Part shown: one piece after another, positions 18,730-28,504 of the stretch
How the letters are laid out: the number at the start of each line of letters is the position of its first letter
How positions within the stretch are numbered: the first letter of the stretch is position 1
Origin: a virus
IMG/VR virus record: IMGVR_UViG_3300045996_000592
Coordinates: 1 to 64,000 of that record
Strand: one strand, 5' to 3'
Length of the DNA: 64,000 bases
Made by a program: the position numbers and the translations under genes
Notes under the pieces: model-generated
Seen by the model: only the letters and a program-made list of their open reading frames with translations
Database searches by the model: none
What the model was told of the DNA's origin: nothing

Positions 18730-19022
18730 TAAGAACAGTTTTTATAGTTTTTGATCTCAATAACACAAACTTCTCCCTTAGGATAACCTTTTATCATAAA
18801 CACAGAGTTCGGTTTTACAGAACCATCCCGGTTTATGCGGTAGAAGTACCTGTTACCTTCCGGATGTTTACACTCGGTAGCGCCTTCCGGGGCCACCATA
18901 GCGGAACCCGTTAACAGAAGGAGATCACACTGGCAGATATAGGTGGGGTATGCTCTCTGGGTTCCGGGTATCGGGTAGCCCTGAGAGTCAGTTTTTACAT
19001 AATAACGGAGTGGGGGGCACAT
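18729..19022 (-). CDS. Cys-rich hypothetical protein with internal duplication
   Basis: Two RY[YF]....G...P.[TS] units. Confidence 0.6.
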   Translation of the reverse strand: MCPPLRYYVKTDSQGYPIPGTQRAYPTYICQCDLLLLTGSAMVAPEGATECKHPEGNRYFYRINRDGSVKPNSVFMIKGYPKGEVCVIEIKNYKNCS

Positions 19023-19038
19023 AGGTCTAAAAAATATC

Positions 19039-19080
19039 TGTGGGTATCTAACTTAGATAATCTAAAAAGTGGTACTTTTG
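19039..19080. promoter_or_regulatory. Divergent intergenic region with tandem operator-like palindromes
   Basis: TGTGG-GTA-TCTAA-C-TTAGA-TAA-TCTAA; TACTTTTG -7 element at 19073. Confidence 0.6.
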
Positions 19081-19154
19081 ATACCCTCCCTATCTAAAAT
19101 AAGACCGGTTTTCCGGGTGAAGAGTACAAGATTAATATACACAAATTAACCGAC

Positions 19155-19718
19155 ATGACCAAGGAAGATTACAAGAAAAACTTATCCCGAACTCTCATTA
19201 ACCGGTTCCGGGAAGAGTATTATGAGAAGATAGGGGTCTATCCGGATGTAAAACCTCCGGTATGGGATAAAATACCCCTCAACGAACTGAGAAGGATATG
19301 TGATAAGGTTTTACCTAACGAGTACACAGTAGTAGGGTTTAAAGGGTATTACTCAAGTAATGGTCCTGTTCCTATAAACATTATCCGTGAAACCGGTTTC
19401 ACTACTATTCTGGCTAGAACCCGTAAACTACCGATTGTACGCCTCAGGAAGATTTTTATACACTTCGCCCTGGAGATGGGGTACTCTTCTGTAGTAATTG
19501 GAAAGTATCTAGGATTAGATCACGCCACTGTGTTATACTGCAACAAAGAGTGTCAGAAACATCTACAGGCACACCCGGATTTTATAGAGTTATACACTCA
19601 AGTAAACGACCTCTTATATGATACACCCGCTATTCGATCTGCTGCTGCAAAAGAAGGTGACTCCGAACCAATTCATGTGTCTTTGGTACCAATCTCAGTC
19701 GATTCAGCCGCCGCTTAA
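19155..19718 (+). CDS. DnaA C-terminal (domain IV)-like HTH protein
   Basis: TRK..IV..R.IF......GYS...IG..LG.DHATVLY. Confidence 0.8.
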   Translation: MTKEDYKKNLSRTLINRFREEYYEKIGVYPDVKPPVWDKIPLNELRRICDKVLPNEYTVVGFKGYYSSNGPVPINIIRETGFTTILARTRKLPIVRLRKIFIHFALEMGYSSVVIGKYLGLDHATVLYCNKECQKHLQAHPDFIELYTQVNDLLYDTPAIRSAAAKEGDSEPIHVSLVPISVDSAAA

Positions 19719-20175
19719 CACCCGGGAAGGGGAGTGTAACAACCTGATCGGGAAGGGACTGCTTGACCAGAACTATAAACCTACCCTCTTAGGGAAGCAG
19801 ATCCTGAAAGATATAGACCGGTTGTTCACCAAGAAGAAAAAAGAGGTTGTCAACCCAGAGGATCTTGATGAGCAGAAGATAAAGGAGTACCGCGAGAAGT
19901 GGCCCAAACACCTGAAAGCTACCCCCAAGGGGATCACCGAGAAGTTCGGTTGGTTGTTCCGGGAATATCCCGAATACGCCGGTAAGTGGGATGATATACT
20001 GGAGGCCACAAACCTCTATTTGTCAGAAGCTGATAGTAAATGGATGTACCGCGCAGACCACTTCATCATCAAACAGGTGACCGGGGGTAACCGTTACGCC
20101 CTGAATGAATTCCTGGAGCGGGTACAATCAGGAGAGAAAAAAGAAGAAGTACTCAGTATTTATAAAGTAGCGTAA
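19618..20175 (+). CDS. Hypothetical replication-associated protein
   Basis: wHTH-like N-terminus; sits upstream of dnaB as in crAss-like replication modules. Confidence 0.6.
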   Translation: MIHPLFDLLLQKKVTPNQFMCLWYQSQSIQPPLNTREGECNNLIGKGLLDQNYKPTLLGKQILKDIDRLFTKKKKEVVNPEDLDEQKIKEYREKWPKHLKATPKGITEKFGWLFREYPEYAGKWDDILEATNLYLSEADSKWMYRADHFIIKQVTGGNRYALNEFLERVQSGEKKEEVLSIYKVA

Positions 20176-20264
20176 GATGTACACATATTTAATATGGCTG
20201 GTAGTTAAGGTAGTAGAATTTTTCTACCCTTTAATATCAGTCTTCATCAGATAAAATCCAGTTT

Positions 20265-20531
20265 ATGTTAACAGTACAGGAAGAACGGGAATTGATACTC
20301 GAACCCATTAAGGTAGTAGAGAATAAGAAATCAGAGATAGTAGAACTTTTTGATAGCCTGCCGTCCGCCGGGATGGAAGACCCTAACATCAGGATGATCA
20401 GCCTGGATATGTTCCAGTTGGTGGCCAACCAGCTGATCGGAATGGGTTACTACCACGGGGAGCGCCAGGGTTGGAAAGCCGGAGGAGCAGAAATTTATGA
20501 CATGACCCAAAACTTCTTCAACAGGGCGTAG
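20265..20531 (+). CDS. Hypothetical protein
   Basis: ORF abutting dnaB. Confidence 0.6.
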   Translation: MLTVQEERELILEPIKVVENKKSEIVELFDSLPSAGMEDPNIRMISLDMFQLVANQLIGMGYYHGERQGWKAGGAEIYDMTQNFFNRA

Positions 20532-21506
20532 ATGAGCACACCGGTAAAAACACCGTGGACCCATATATCCGAGATACGGAACAGGACCCGGGAGTATATA
20601 GATAAAAGAAGGAAGGGAGAAATAAAATCCTTTCGGACACCCTGGTACAAGCTCAACCACGAACTCGTTCTGGGATACGAGTGGCAGACCATCAACCTAC
20701 TGGCGGGATCGTCGGGTATAGGTAAGACTGCCATCAAGGATCAGATCATTAAAGAGGGGATGGAGTTAAACAAAGATCAGAATATAGTGGCGCTGGAATA
20801 CCAGTTTGAGATGACAGACATACAGACCGGCGCCCGGGAGTTAACAGCTCCCACGGGAATGTCTATAAAGAAGTTATTCTCAGCAGAAGAAGGGGAGTTG
20901 GTCACTGACGAAGAGTTTGAGCAGATAGAACAATTACACCACAAACGAAAGAATGACCGGATCTACCAGGTAAGTTCACCGAGGAAGGTCGATACTATGG
21001 AAAAGGAGATACTATCCTTTTACGAGTACGCTAAGAAAACTTACGGGGACGACGTTAGAGTTCTTATCTCGGTAGATCACGCGCTCCTGATAGACGGCGG
21101 GATGGATGATAACTCGGAACTGGACACTATTGGTAATATGGCCAAAATGTTTCTCCGGATAAAGAAGAGGGTACCGGTGATCGTCTTCATTCTCAGTCAA
21201 CTGAACTCCTATATCGAGGAACCCAGCAGAAGGGAGAATGGCAAGGTGTCTAATTTCCCTACCAAGAGAGACCTCTACGGAGGAAAGCAGCTGTATTTTG
21301 CCTGTGACACTGTAATGATCTTCATGAAGCCGCTGGCTGATGGGATATCAATATACGGTCCCGGTAGGTTCGACGTAACACAGGGTGACTACATCTTTAA
21401 CCACATTCTAAAGACCCGGTTCTCTAACCCCACTACCCTCACATTTAAGGCAGACATGGAACACTTTCGGATAGAGGAGTGTGATCCACCACCAGTAAAA
21501 AAATAA
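20532..21506 (+). CDS. dnaB: DnaB-like replicative helicase
   Basis: AGSSGIGKT, FEM, VDH, ILSQLN, DLYGG, LKTR motifs. Confidence 0.9.
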   Translation: MSTPVKTPWTHISEIRNRTREYIDKRRKGEIKSFRTPWYKLNHELVLGYEWQTINLLAGSSGIGKTAIKDQIIKEGMELNKDQNIVALEYQFEMTDIQTGARELTAPTGMSIKKLFSAEEGELVTDEEFEQIEQLHHKRKNDRIYQVSSPRKVDTMEKEILSFYEYAKKTYGDDVRVLISVDHALLIDGGMDDNSELDTIGNMAKMFLRIKKRVPVIVFILSQLNSYIEEPSRRENGKVSNFPTKRDLYGGKQLYFACDTVMIFMKPLADGISIYGPGRFDVTQGDYIFNHILKTRFSNPTTLTFKADMEHFRIEECDPPPVKK

Positions 21507-21508
21507 TT

Positions 21509-22513
21509 ATGCAGCAGATAGAGGCTAAAATCATAGCAGACAGTAAAAATGAGTTCGGTAACAGGATAACTACCTTCTTACTGACGTTCCCCCGGATAAT
21601 ACTGGCTGAGGTCAACACTCACCGGATGTTGTCCCGGAACTCAGCGTCAAGCAGGGCTATACCCTTCGAGAAGATGTTGAAGAGAGTACAGGAAGACCCG
21701 TTCATCCCGATCAAATGGATGAAGGACCATAAGGGTATGCAGGGAGTAGAATATTTCACTGAGACCGCCAAAGAAGCGTGGATACACCAGGATCGTTCAT
21801 GGGGGTATGAACAGTATGCGGATGTCCCAGCAGTAGAGTTCCTGAAAAAAGAATGGTTACAGGCTCGTGACTGGGCAGTAATGCAGGCTCAGTGGTTAAG
21901 TGACCGGGGTCTTACTAAGCAGATCTGTAACCGGTTACTGGAGCCCTTCATGTGGCACACGGCCATTGTTACCGGAACCGAGTGGGAGAACTTTTTCGCA
22001 CTCCGGGCACACGAAGCAGCTGAAATACACCTACAGGAACTTGCGTACAAGATGTTGGAAGAGTATAATAATTCTACTCCTCAACTACTCAGTCCTGGTC
22101 AGTGGCACATACCGTTCGGAGACCAGATGGATGAAAACAGACTGTATGCGCTCCTTAAAGGAGAAGACTACCACACAGAGGAGACTCGTGACAATGCCCT
22201 ATCCGATTTACAGGTTAAGATCGCTACAGCCCGCTGTGCCAGGTTGTCCTATCTGAACTACGAGGGTAAGGACGACTACGAGGCCGATCTTAAACTTCAC
22301 GATAGTCTGTCAGCAGCCGGTCACTGGTCAGCGTTTGAACACTGTGCCCGTAGTATGGATAATGATGAGTATCACTGCTGGACATCCGGGTTTTCTGAAG
22401 TATCCGATCATCCTGACATGTTAGGTTGGTGCGGGAACTATCGCGGGTATATACAATATCGTAAGTTATTTTCTAACGAAAACCGGACAGATGACCGGGT
22501 AATAACTAAATAA
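21509..22513 (+). CDS. thyX: Flavin-dependent thymidylate synthase
   Basis: THRMLSRNSASSRAIP, KQICNRLLEP, FFALR, HWSAFEH. Confidence 0.9.
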   Translation: MQQIEAKIIADSKNEFGNRITTFLLTFPRIILAEVNTHRMLSRNSASSRAIPFEKMLKRVQEDPFIPIKWMKDHKGMQGVEYFTETAKEAWIHQDRSWGYEQYADVPAVEFLKKEWLQARDWAVMQAQWLSDRGLTKQICNRLLEPFMWHTAIVTGTEWENFFALRAHEAAEIHLQELAYKMLEEYNNSTPQLLSPGQWHIPFGDQMDENRLYALLKGEDYHTEETRDNALSDLQVKIATARCARLSYLNYEGKDDYEADLKLHDSLSAAGHWSAFEHCARSMDNDEYHCWTSGFSEVSDHPDMLGWCGNYRGYIQYRKLFSNENRTDDRVITK

Positions 22514-22514
22514 T

Positions 22515-22892
22515 ATGACAGGATCAAACACTACCCCTAAGAAGAGGGGGCGTAAACCAAAACTGGAAGCAGATAACAGGAAGACTACAGTTAGTAAAAG
22601 GATGATCAAGGGTGCTGTTAGAGGCGTACTTACCCCTGAAGAGATATTTAAGATACAGGTGCAAGACAGGTCTAACGCTGTTAATCACCCTAACCATTAC
22701 GGAGGAGAATTAAACCCTTACGAGGCCATTAAGGTGATAGAGGCGTGGAACCTCGGATTCAACATAGGTAATACAGTGAAGTACCTCTCTCGCGCCGGTA
22801 AGAAGGACGGTAATCCGCCGCTTCAAGACCTCGAAAAGGCCTGTTGGTACCTATCCCGGGAAATTCAGAACCTCAAAAAACAGAACTCATGA
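22515..22892 (+). CDS. DUF3310 protein with N-terminal AT-hook-like motif
   Basis: VNHPNHY...EAIKVI...FNIGNTVKYLSRAGKK...DLEKA.WYL; KKRGRKPK. Confidence 0.85.
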   Translation: MTGSNTTPKKRGRKPKLEADNRKTTVSKRMIKGAVRGVLTPEEIFKIQVQDRSNAVNHPNHYGGELNPYEAIKVIEAWNLGFNIGNTVKYLSRAGKKDGNPPLQDLEKACWYLSREIQNLKKQNS

Positions 22893-23326
22893 ACCACACA
22901 AAGTTTTTTGAAGACATAGACCAGACAGGAGGGTATATCAACCGATTAGTCTGGATAGCAGGCCAGTTAGATAGTAACACCCTTACCGATTTACTGGATG
23001 ATATGGAACCTGAAGATATAGAAGACTGCTTCCCGGGTTTTGATCTTTCTAACTATGACGGAGACTCTAAGGAATTAAAAGAATACATCAGTAGTGAAAG
23101 TAAACCCGGTTTTCTGGCGGAATGTTATTTCCAGCACCAGTACGGGTTCCATTTCCCTGAAGGCAGTAAAACCCCGACATCCTGGAGCAGCAGTCGTGGA
23201 GTTTCTACGATCTACTGGGTGTACGCAGAGTCATTTCCTGAGCTGATAAGGAAGATGACTAAGATCGGTAAATCTCATCATAAGAATGAAATCAGGAGAG
23301 AACTAAAAAAGAAACAAACAGTATGA
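22889..23326 (+). CDS. Hypothetical protein
   Basis: ATGA-coupled ORF. Confidence 0.6.
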   Translation: MNHTKFFEDIDQTGGYINRLVWIAGQLDSNTLTDLLDDMEPEDIEDCFPGFDLSNYDGDSKELKEYISSESKPGFLAECYFQHQYGFHFPEGSKTPTSWSSSRGVSTIYWVYAESFPELIRKMTKIGKSHHKNEIRRELKKKQTV

Positions 23327-23856
23327 GTACAGCAGTAAAAAGAGGCTGGTCGGAGATGTTAGAAGACTCCATCAGCTACAACCGGTCCCTACTGGAAAAG
23401 ATGGGGTTGAGTACAGACCCCAAGAAGAAGGGGATAACCGCCAAGAAGATCTTCAGCTGGGCCCGACAACAGGGTGGACAGAAGGAAGACTGCTTCTATA
23501 TGTTCAAGGAAGAAGGGGAGAAGGATCTGATGTTAATAGAGTTCTTCAACGCGGACGGTTACCCACTGATACCCCGAAAGACTTACAAATGGATCGGGTC
23601 TCCAACCGCATTCACATCTGAACACGAAGAAGGTCAGTACGGGTTCCGTGTGTATATGGACGAGCTAATCGAAGTAAAACCAGAAGCAGGTATGCTGGCA
23701 CCCTGGATAGACCCGGTAAATGAGCCCGAGGTATCATCAGTTATCAGGTTCGATAAGATGACAGCCAACGACTTTTTAGCAGTATTTCACGGAGTACCCT
23801 GCGCAGATCACGAAAGTATAAATAGAAAGATCAGGGAGATAAAATCAGCAGCATAA
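23323..23856 (+). CDS. Hypothetical protein
   Basis: Coupled ORF ending KSAA. Confidence 0.65.
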   Translation: MSTAVKRGWSEMLEDSISYNRSLLEKMGLSTDPKKKGITAKKIFSWARQQGGQKEDCFYMFKEEGEKDLMLIEFFNADGYPLIPRKTYKWIGSPTAFTSEHEEGQYGFRVYMDELIEVKPEAGMLAPWIDPVNEPEVSSVIRFDKMTANDFLAVFHGVPCADHESINRKIREIKSAA

Positions 23857-23858
23857 CT

Positions 23859-24509
23859 ATGGCAGACAATAAGGGGTTGGTCACCTTAACAGACCAGAAA
23901 GACTTCTTGCAGTCTTTAATAGACTCGAAGAAGTTACCATCACACATTAAAACAGTAGAGGATGCCTTTACTGTTGCGCAGATGGGTAAAGAACTGGGAT
24001 TTCCGACTCTTCAAGCCATGCACTACATAATACCTGTTCAGGGAAGGTTAACTCTATCTGCTAAGGCTACTGCTGCCCTCTTAAGAAAGGGCGGTATAAA
24101 GTTCCGCACACTGGAAGATGGTATGTATGTGTATAATGATGGTTCTATATCTGAGTACGCTAAGACTGATCCTAAACCCATTGATCAGAGAACGGTTATC
24201 CTGTTTATCAGGGATGGTATGGAAGAAAAGGTGTCCTTTACCATGAGGGACGCAGAGGCTCAGGGATTAACCGGAAAGGATAACTGGTTGCGTTTAAGAA
24301 AAGAGATGCTGTACGCCCGTTGTTTGGCCAAGGGTGCTAACAGGATCGGGCAGGATCTCCTCCTCGGTCTATACACAGCAGAGGAAATGACAGACTCTCT
24401 TAACGTACCGGAGACCCAGATAAAGAGGAATGAAGAAGGTGAGATCGAGACCATCGACACCACACACGAAGAAGTAACAGAAGATAACAACCCGGCAGCA
24501 GCCGCGTAA
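23859..24509 (+). CDS. RecT/Bet-like single-strand annealing protein
   Basis: G.ELG...LQAM..I..VQGR.TLSA, FT..DA...GL..KDNW...KEMLYAR, GLYTAEEM. Confidence 0.75.
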   Translation: MADNKGLVTLTDQKDFLQSLIDSKKLPSHIKTVEDAFTVAQMGKELGFPTLQAMHYIIPVQGRLTLSAKATAALLRKGGIKFRTLEDGMYVYNDGSISEYAKTDPKPIDQRTVILFIRDGMEEKVSFTMRDAEAQGLTGKDNWLRLRKEMLYARCLAKGANRIGQDLLLGLYTAEEMTDSLNVPETQIKRNEEGEIETIDTTHEEVTEDNNPAAAA

Positions 24510-24537
24510 TTCAGTAACATTTTAAAACCAACATAGT

Positions 24538-25173
24538 ATGTTTAGTACAAAAGGGATGGACACGGTCCGCACAGTAGGTCAGTTTTTAGATCCGGGAAAA
24601 CACGAAGTAAGGATCAGGTCTGCAAAAGTAGCACGCTCAGAAAGAACAGGTAAAAAGGCGTTAGAACTCGTACTGGAAGGTCCTCGTCCGTTCGAAGGAT
24701 GGGAAGGACTGGCTCTCGACAAGAACGACAAGGAAGGCCCGAAGTATGATGGTCCGGTAGGATTCCTGACAGCCACCAGCTGGCTCACAGAAGATCAGTA
24801 TAACAGCCCTACCCCGGCCAAAAACGCGATCCTGAATATCATGATGTATATCGCGGACAGTACCGGTATGCGTAAACAGATGGATGAGGCAGTAGAAGGG
24901 GCCGCTACTATCGAGGAGTTCGTAGAGCGTGTAGCTAAGGTTATGGCTAATACCTACTTCTGGATGCTCCTTACCGGTAAAGAAGAGGAATACCAGGGTA
25001 AGGTGAGGGTAAAACTGAACTTCTTCCCGAGCAGGTCAGTAAGCCTGAAGAAAGAAAACCTCGAAGACTTTAGTATGGATAATCCGTACCATTACCGTAA
25101 GCTGAAGAAGGCTGAGAAGGTATCTGAGTTCGCCGCTCCATCAGGAGGTGAGTTCGATTTGCCGAACGACTAA
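24538..25173 (+). CDS. Putative ssDNA-binding protein (DUF669-like)
   Basis: LDPGKHEVRI N-terminus, acidic EFDLPND tail; lies between the SSAP and primase genes. Confidence 0.6.
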   Translation: MFSTKGMDTVRTVGQFLDPGKHEVRIRSAKVARSERTGKKALELVLEGPRPFEGWEGLALDKNDKEGPKYDGPVGFLTATSWLTEDQYNSPTPAKNAILNIMMYIADSTGMRKQMDEAVEGAATIEEFVERVAKVMANTYFWMLLTGKEEEYQGKVRVKLNFFPSRSVSLKKENLEDFSMDNPYHYRKLKKAEKVSEFAAPSGGEFDLPND

Positions 25174-25193
25174 TCTTTTCACATAAGACTGTG

Positions 25194-25277
25194 AGAACCC
25201 CGGGGTAACATTTTTAACATTTAAACTAAACTTTAACCATGTTAATAAATTAGTTGGGGAACTAACCCCGGGGTTCT
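25194..25277. repeat. Inverted repeat enclosing an AT-rich core
   Basis: AGAACCCCGGGGT ... ACCCCGGGGTTCT. Confidence 0.8.
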
Positions 25278-25301
25278 GCTGTCTTATAAAACCAGCAGAT
25301 A

Positions 25302-26348
25302 ATGATAAAGACATCCGGGTTGGTCACAAAAATAGACCAGGTAGACGAACGGTGGATATATCAGTATTACGCCTGTCTGCAGGAAGAACTTACCGGACAG
25401 GACGTGTGTATCCACTCGGTATTCAGAACAGAGAAAACCCCAAGTCTGAAAATATACCTGACCCCAGAAGGACATTACCGTTTTAAGGATTGGGGTGGAT
25501 CTGCCGGCGGTGACGCAGTAGAGTTCGTTAAACAGCTCTTCAAGGTAGATTACAAAACGGCTGTAAAACAAATACTGGCAGACTATAACGACTATGTTAT
25601 CAACGGTGGCGCCTTTAACCCCGGTGAGTATAAGAGGTGTGGGAAGTTCCGTATTACAGACTACCTGGAACGCAGCTGGAATACAGATGACCGGGATTAC
25701 TGGACACAGTACGGGATAGGCTCCAAGATACTTACCTGTTATAACATCAGGCCACTCTTGTGGTACAGAATGGATAAAGAAGAGGACGGGAAGGTGAGGT
25801 CTATAGTGATAGAGAACAAGTACCTCTATGGTTATTTTACGAAAGACGGAGTATTAGCGCGGGTATACCAACCCAAGATAAGAGAGAAGAAGATGATCGT
25901 CCAGACCGGTTATATACAGGGTGAAGACCAACTGACCGGGAAGAAGATATTGGCTATCATTTCTTCGATGAAGGATGGTCTGTGTATGTTGGACGGGTTG
26001 AAGTTAAAGGAGATAGAATTTACTGCTCCAAATAGCGAAACCAGTCTCATACCTGCGGAGAAGATGAATAAGTGGTTGAAGGAGTACAGGTACGTTATCC
26101 TGATCCATGATTATGATGCCGCGGGGATGGAATCAGCTGTCATGTACCAACAAGCCTACCCGTCAGTTATCCCGGTAACAGTTAGCCTGCTCAAAGATCT
26201 CAGTGACTCCTACGCGGGTTGTGGACGTAAAGCAGTCCTGGAAAAACTCATCCCAAGTATCAACATGGCCTGTAGTCTGGTAGATGAGATGAGGCCACCA
26301 GAAGAAGAATTGTTAACCATTAATAACCCCAGTTTATGGAACACGTAG
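25302..26348 (+). CDS. dnaG: DnaG-type primase
   Basis: SVFR.EKTPS...FKDWG..GD N-terminal domain; Toprim SSMKD, APNSE, DYDAAG. Confidence 0.85.
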   Translation: MIKTSGLVTKIDQVDERWIYQYYACLQEELTGQDVCIHSVFRTEKTPSLKIYLTPEGHYRFKDWGGSAGGDAVEFVKQLFKVDYKTAVKQILADYNDYVINGGAFNPGEYKRCGKFRITDYLERSWNTDDRDYWTQYGIGSKILTCYNIRPLLWYRMDKEEDGKVRSIVIENKYLYGYFTKDGVLARVYQPKIREKKMIVQTGYIQGEDQLTGKKILAIISSMKDGLCMLDGLKLKEIEFTAPNSETSLIPAEKMNKWLKEYRYVILIHDYDAAGMESAVMYQQAYPSVIPVTVSLLKDLSDSYAGCGRKAVLEKLIPSINMACSLVDEMRPPEEELLTINNPSLWNT

Positions 26349-26539
26349 GAATAGAAAACCTTGATAACGGAATCTTCCATGCATCGGTAGATATCCCAAG
26401 AATCAACCACTCAGGTAGACCGGAAGAATACTGGCGTACTGTAGAGTACTTTAAGACCAAGGAAGAAGCCATAGCCTACGCCCGGGAACACTTCGGGGCA
26501 GATGAGGAAGGTAGGGTATGTTTGGTATCTACTTTTTAA
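26336..26539 (+). CDS. Hypothetical protein
   Basis: Coupled ORF. Confidence 0.55.
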   Translation: MEHVGIENLDNGIFHASVDIPRINHSGRPEEYWRTVEYFKTKEEAIAYAREHFGADEEGRVCLVSTF

Positions 26540-26550
26540 AGACTATTAAG

Positions 26551-26838
26551 ATGAGTAAACAAAAATTTATAACAGTAACCGAACTGAGTGACCGGGACGT
26601 TAAAGTGTTATCATCACTCACTTTCCACACCGATGATAAGAGTAGACCACTAAGAAATATATCAACTATTTCTGGTAAACCGATTGGTGTAAACGGTAAT
26701 AAGTTCTGTGAGAGGATGTGTGATCTTGGGGTTTGTAGTATGCTTGTTGATGGTTGGGAGTACCAAGAGGTTGGGTACGCTCTAACAGACTTAGGCGTAG
26801 ATATACTCAGTAAGATAAAAAATAATAATCTTAAATAA
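26551..26838 (+). CDS. Hypothetical wHTH-like protein
   Basis: Ends GYALTDLG, typical of a wHTH wing. Confidence 0.5.
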   Translation: MSKQKFITVTELSDRDVKVLSSLTFHTDDKSRPLRNISTISGKPIGVNGNKFCERMCDLGVCSMLVDGWEYQEVGYALTDLGVDILSKIKNNNLK

Positions 26839-26846
26839 ATAGTTCT

Positions 26847-26876
26847 TACTTTTGGGTATCTAAACTGATACTCTAA
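26847..26876 (+). promoter_or_regulatory. -7 element plus tandem operator-like palindromes
   Basis: TACTTTTG; TTTGG-GTA-TCTAA and ACTGA-TAC-TCTAA. Confidence 0.55.
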
Positions 26877-26877
26877 T

Positions 26878-27318
26878 ATGTGGTACTATCAAGGAGCTCC
26901 TATCCGGTCTATAGAAGACTGTCCCGAAGAAGCGGTGGGTTTTATCTACTGTATAACTGACCCGAACGGTAAAATATATTTAGGGAAAAAGATCCTTCAT
27001 AATTCCACCTGGTCGAAGATCAGTAAAAGGGAAAAAACTCAGACAAAGACCCGTAAGACCTACAAGAGGACTATTAAAGAATCAGACTGGCTCACGTACT
27101 GGGGCAGCTGTAAAGACCCCGATTACCGCGCTCTTCTGGAGCAGACCGGTAAGTTGGGATGGGACAGGAAAATTCTGGAGTTCTGCTGTACCAAACGGAT
27201 GATGAGTATCCGGGAAACATATTATCAACTGACCTGGAATGTACTGGAGCGTGATACCTGGAACGGATACATTCAACTCGGGAAGGTTTTTCGTAAAGAC
27301 ATAAAATACTGTATATGA
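26878..27318 (+). CDS. GIY-YIG nuclease (T4 EndoII-like)
   Basis: GFIY.I....GKIYLGKK, SDWLTYWGS, WNG.I. Confidence 0.8.
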   Translation: MWYYQGAPIRSIEDCPEEAVGFIYCITDPNGKIYLGKKILHNSTWSKISKREKTQTKTRKTYKRTIKESDWLTYWGSCKDPDYRALLEQTGKLGWDRKILEFCCTKRMMSIRETYYQLTWNVLERDTWNGYIQLGKVFRKDIKYCI

Positions 27319-27581
27319 TAACAGCAGATGAAATAATAGAACAACATTTAGGAGACTTTATAGCCATCAATCACCTCACCCGCGAAGATATAGATGAGAT
27401 CAGGATCGCGTTAATAGTCTACGGTAAGGCTGTCGTGGATGTCTGCGCCGGTTCGTTTGAATGTACTATGGAGACCGCAGATTATGATGACGAGAACTCT
27501 TACCAGCTGGCTAACGGGAAGTGTGTCAACCCAGTCTTAGTAAGACAGAGTGTATTAGACGTTAAAAACCAGATAAGATGA
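27315..27581 (+). CDS. Hypothetical protein
   Basis: Coupled ORF. Confidence 0.55.
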   Translation: MITADEIIEQHLGDFIAINHLTREDIDEIRIALIVYGKAVVDVCAGSFECTMETADYDDENSYQLANGKCVNPVLVRQSVLDVKNQIR

Positions 27582-27904
27582 GTAAAATATTAAGTGAAGG
27601 GTTCTTAGAAGAACTCAATAACGTTCTCGATTACCTGATCCTAAACGAACACAATAGTTTTTTAGAGTCAGACATACCGAATGACCACATTTATCAATCA
27701 GCATTAGTACTGAAGGGGTATCTCGGGGAAGTTGAGTTGACAGCAGAAGAAGCACACCAACTCATGAAAACAGATTGTCGTGATAACGTAATGACCGGTA
27801 CTGAGATCGACGGGTGGACAGAGGCTGACGAAGATGACTTTAACGAGGATGAAGATGGTACAATAACCTCATCCGCCGGAGTAGAGTTTAGACTCTGGAT
27901 ATAA
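27578..27904 (+). CDS. Hypothetical protein (paralog of 41525-41737)
   Basis: LDYL...E..SFLES....HIY. Confidence 0.6.
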   Translation: MSKILSEGFLEELNNVLDYLILNEHNSFLESDIPNDHIYQSALVLKGYLGEVELTAEEAHQLMKTDCRDNVMTGTEIDGWTEADEDDFNEDEDGTITSSAGVEFRLWI

Positions 27905-27915
27905 AACCAACCAAG

Positions 27916-28158
27916 ATGAACACAAAATACCTGAAGAAGATCCGTAAGTACTGGGACTACAGGTTCAAGAACGGTAAGGTTTACACCAGACGTAAGGTAG
28001 ACGGAGAAGTCCGGGAGTACACCAGTATCCGGAGTTTCCTTTACTGGATGTTTGATGACCTTATCTCGGAGAGGGCTCATTACCGGTGGGGAGAACGCTG
28101 GAATAAAAGACGGGATACCAGACTCTGGAAATCTCTTAACGAAAGAAAACAACAATAA
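27916..28158 (+). CDS. Basic hypothetical protein
   Basis: ORF in operon. Confidence 0.55.
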   Translation: MNTKYLKKIRKYWDYRFKNGKVYTRRKVDGEVREYTSIRSFLYWMFDDLISERAHYRWGERWNKRRDTRLWKSLNERKQQ

Positions 28159-28165
28159 CAGTTTT

Positions 28166-28504
28166 ATGGATCACATACTGGAATCACACGAATACCCTTA
28201 TCAGGCACCGGCTGTAAAAGCGGATACTAAAGAGAAAGTGAGTACCCGCAAAGTAACGATAGATATTCCATTAGAAAACATTCGGAGACTTCTTAAGGGA
28301 CTTAAAGATGCTCCTGTATCTAATCCACCCGGTCTAGACCTTGGCCCTAAAGATTACTACCATCAGGAAGCTATCCGGTTGGCAGACCTGAGTGACCGTC
28401 TCATAGGTTTTATAGAAGAAACCGAGGCGTTATGTAAAGATCCGATAACGCAGGATAGAATAATCCTGTTCCTGATAAAAGAAGGTATATGGCCGAGAAG
28501 ATAA
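28166..28504 (+). CDS. Hypothetical protein
   Basis: TTTTATG start at 28166. Confidence 0.55.
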   Translation: MDHILESHEYPYQAPAVKADTKEKVSTRKVTIDIPLENIRRLLKGLKDAPVSNPPGLDLGPKDYYHQEAIRLADLSDRLIGFIEETEALCKDPITQDRIILFLIKEGIWPRR

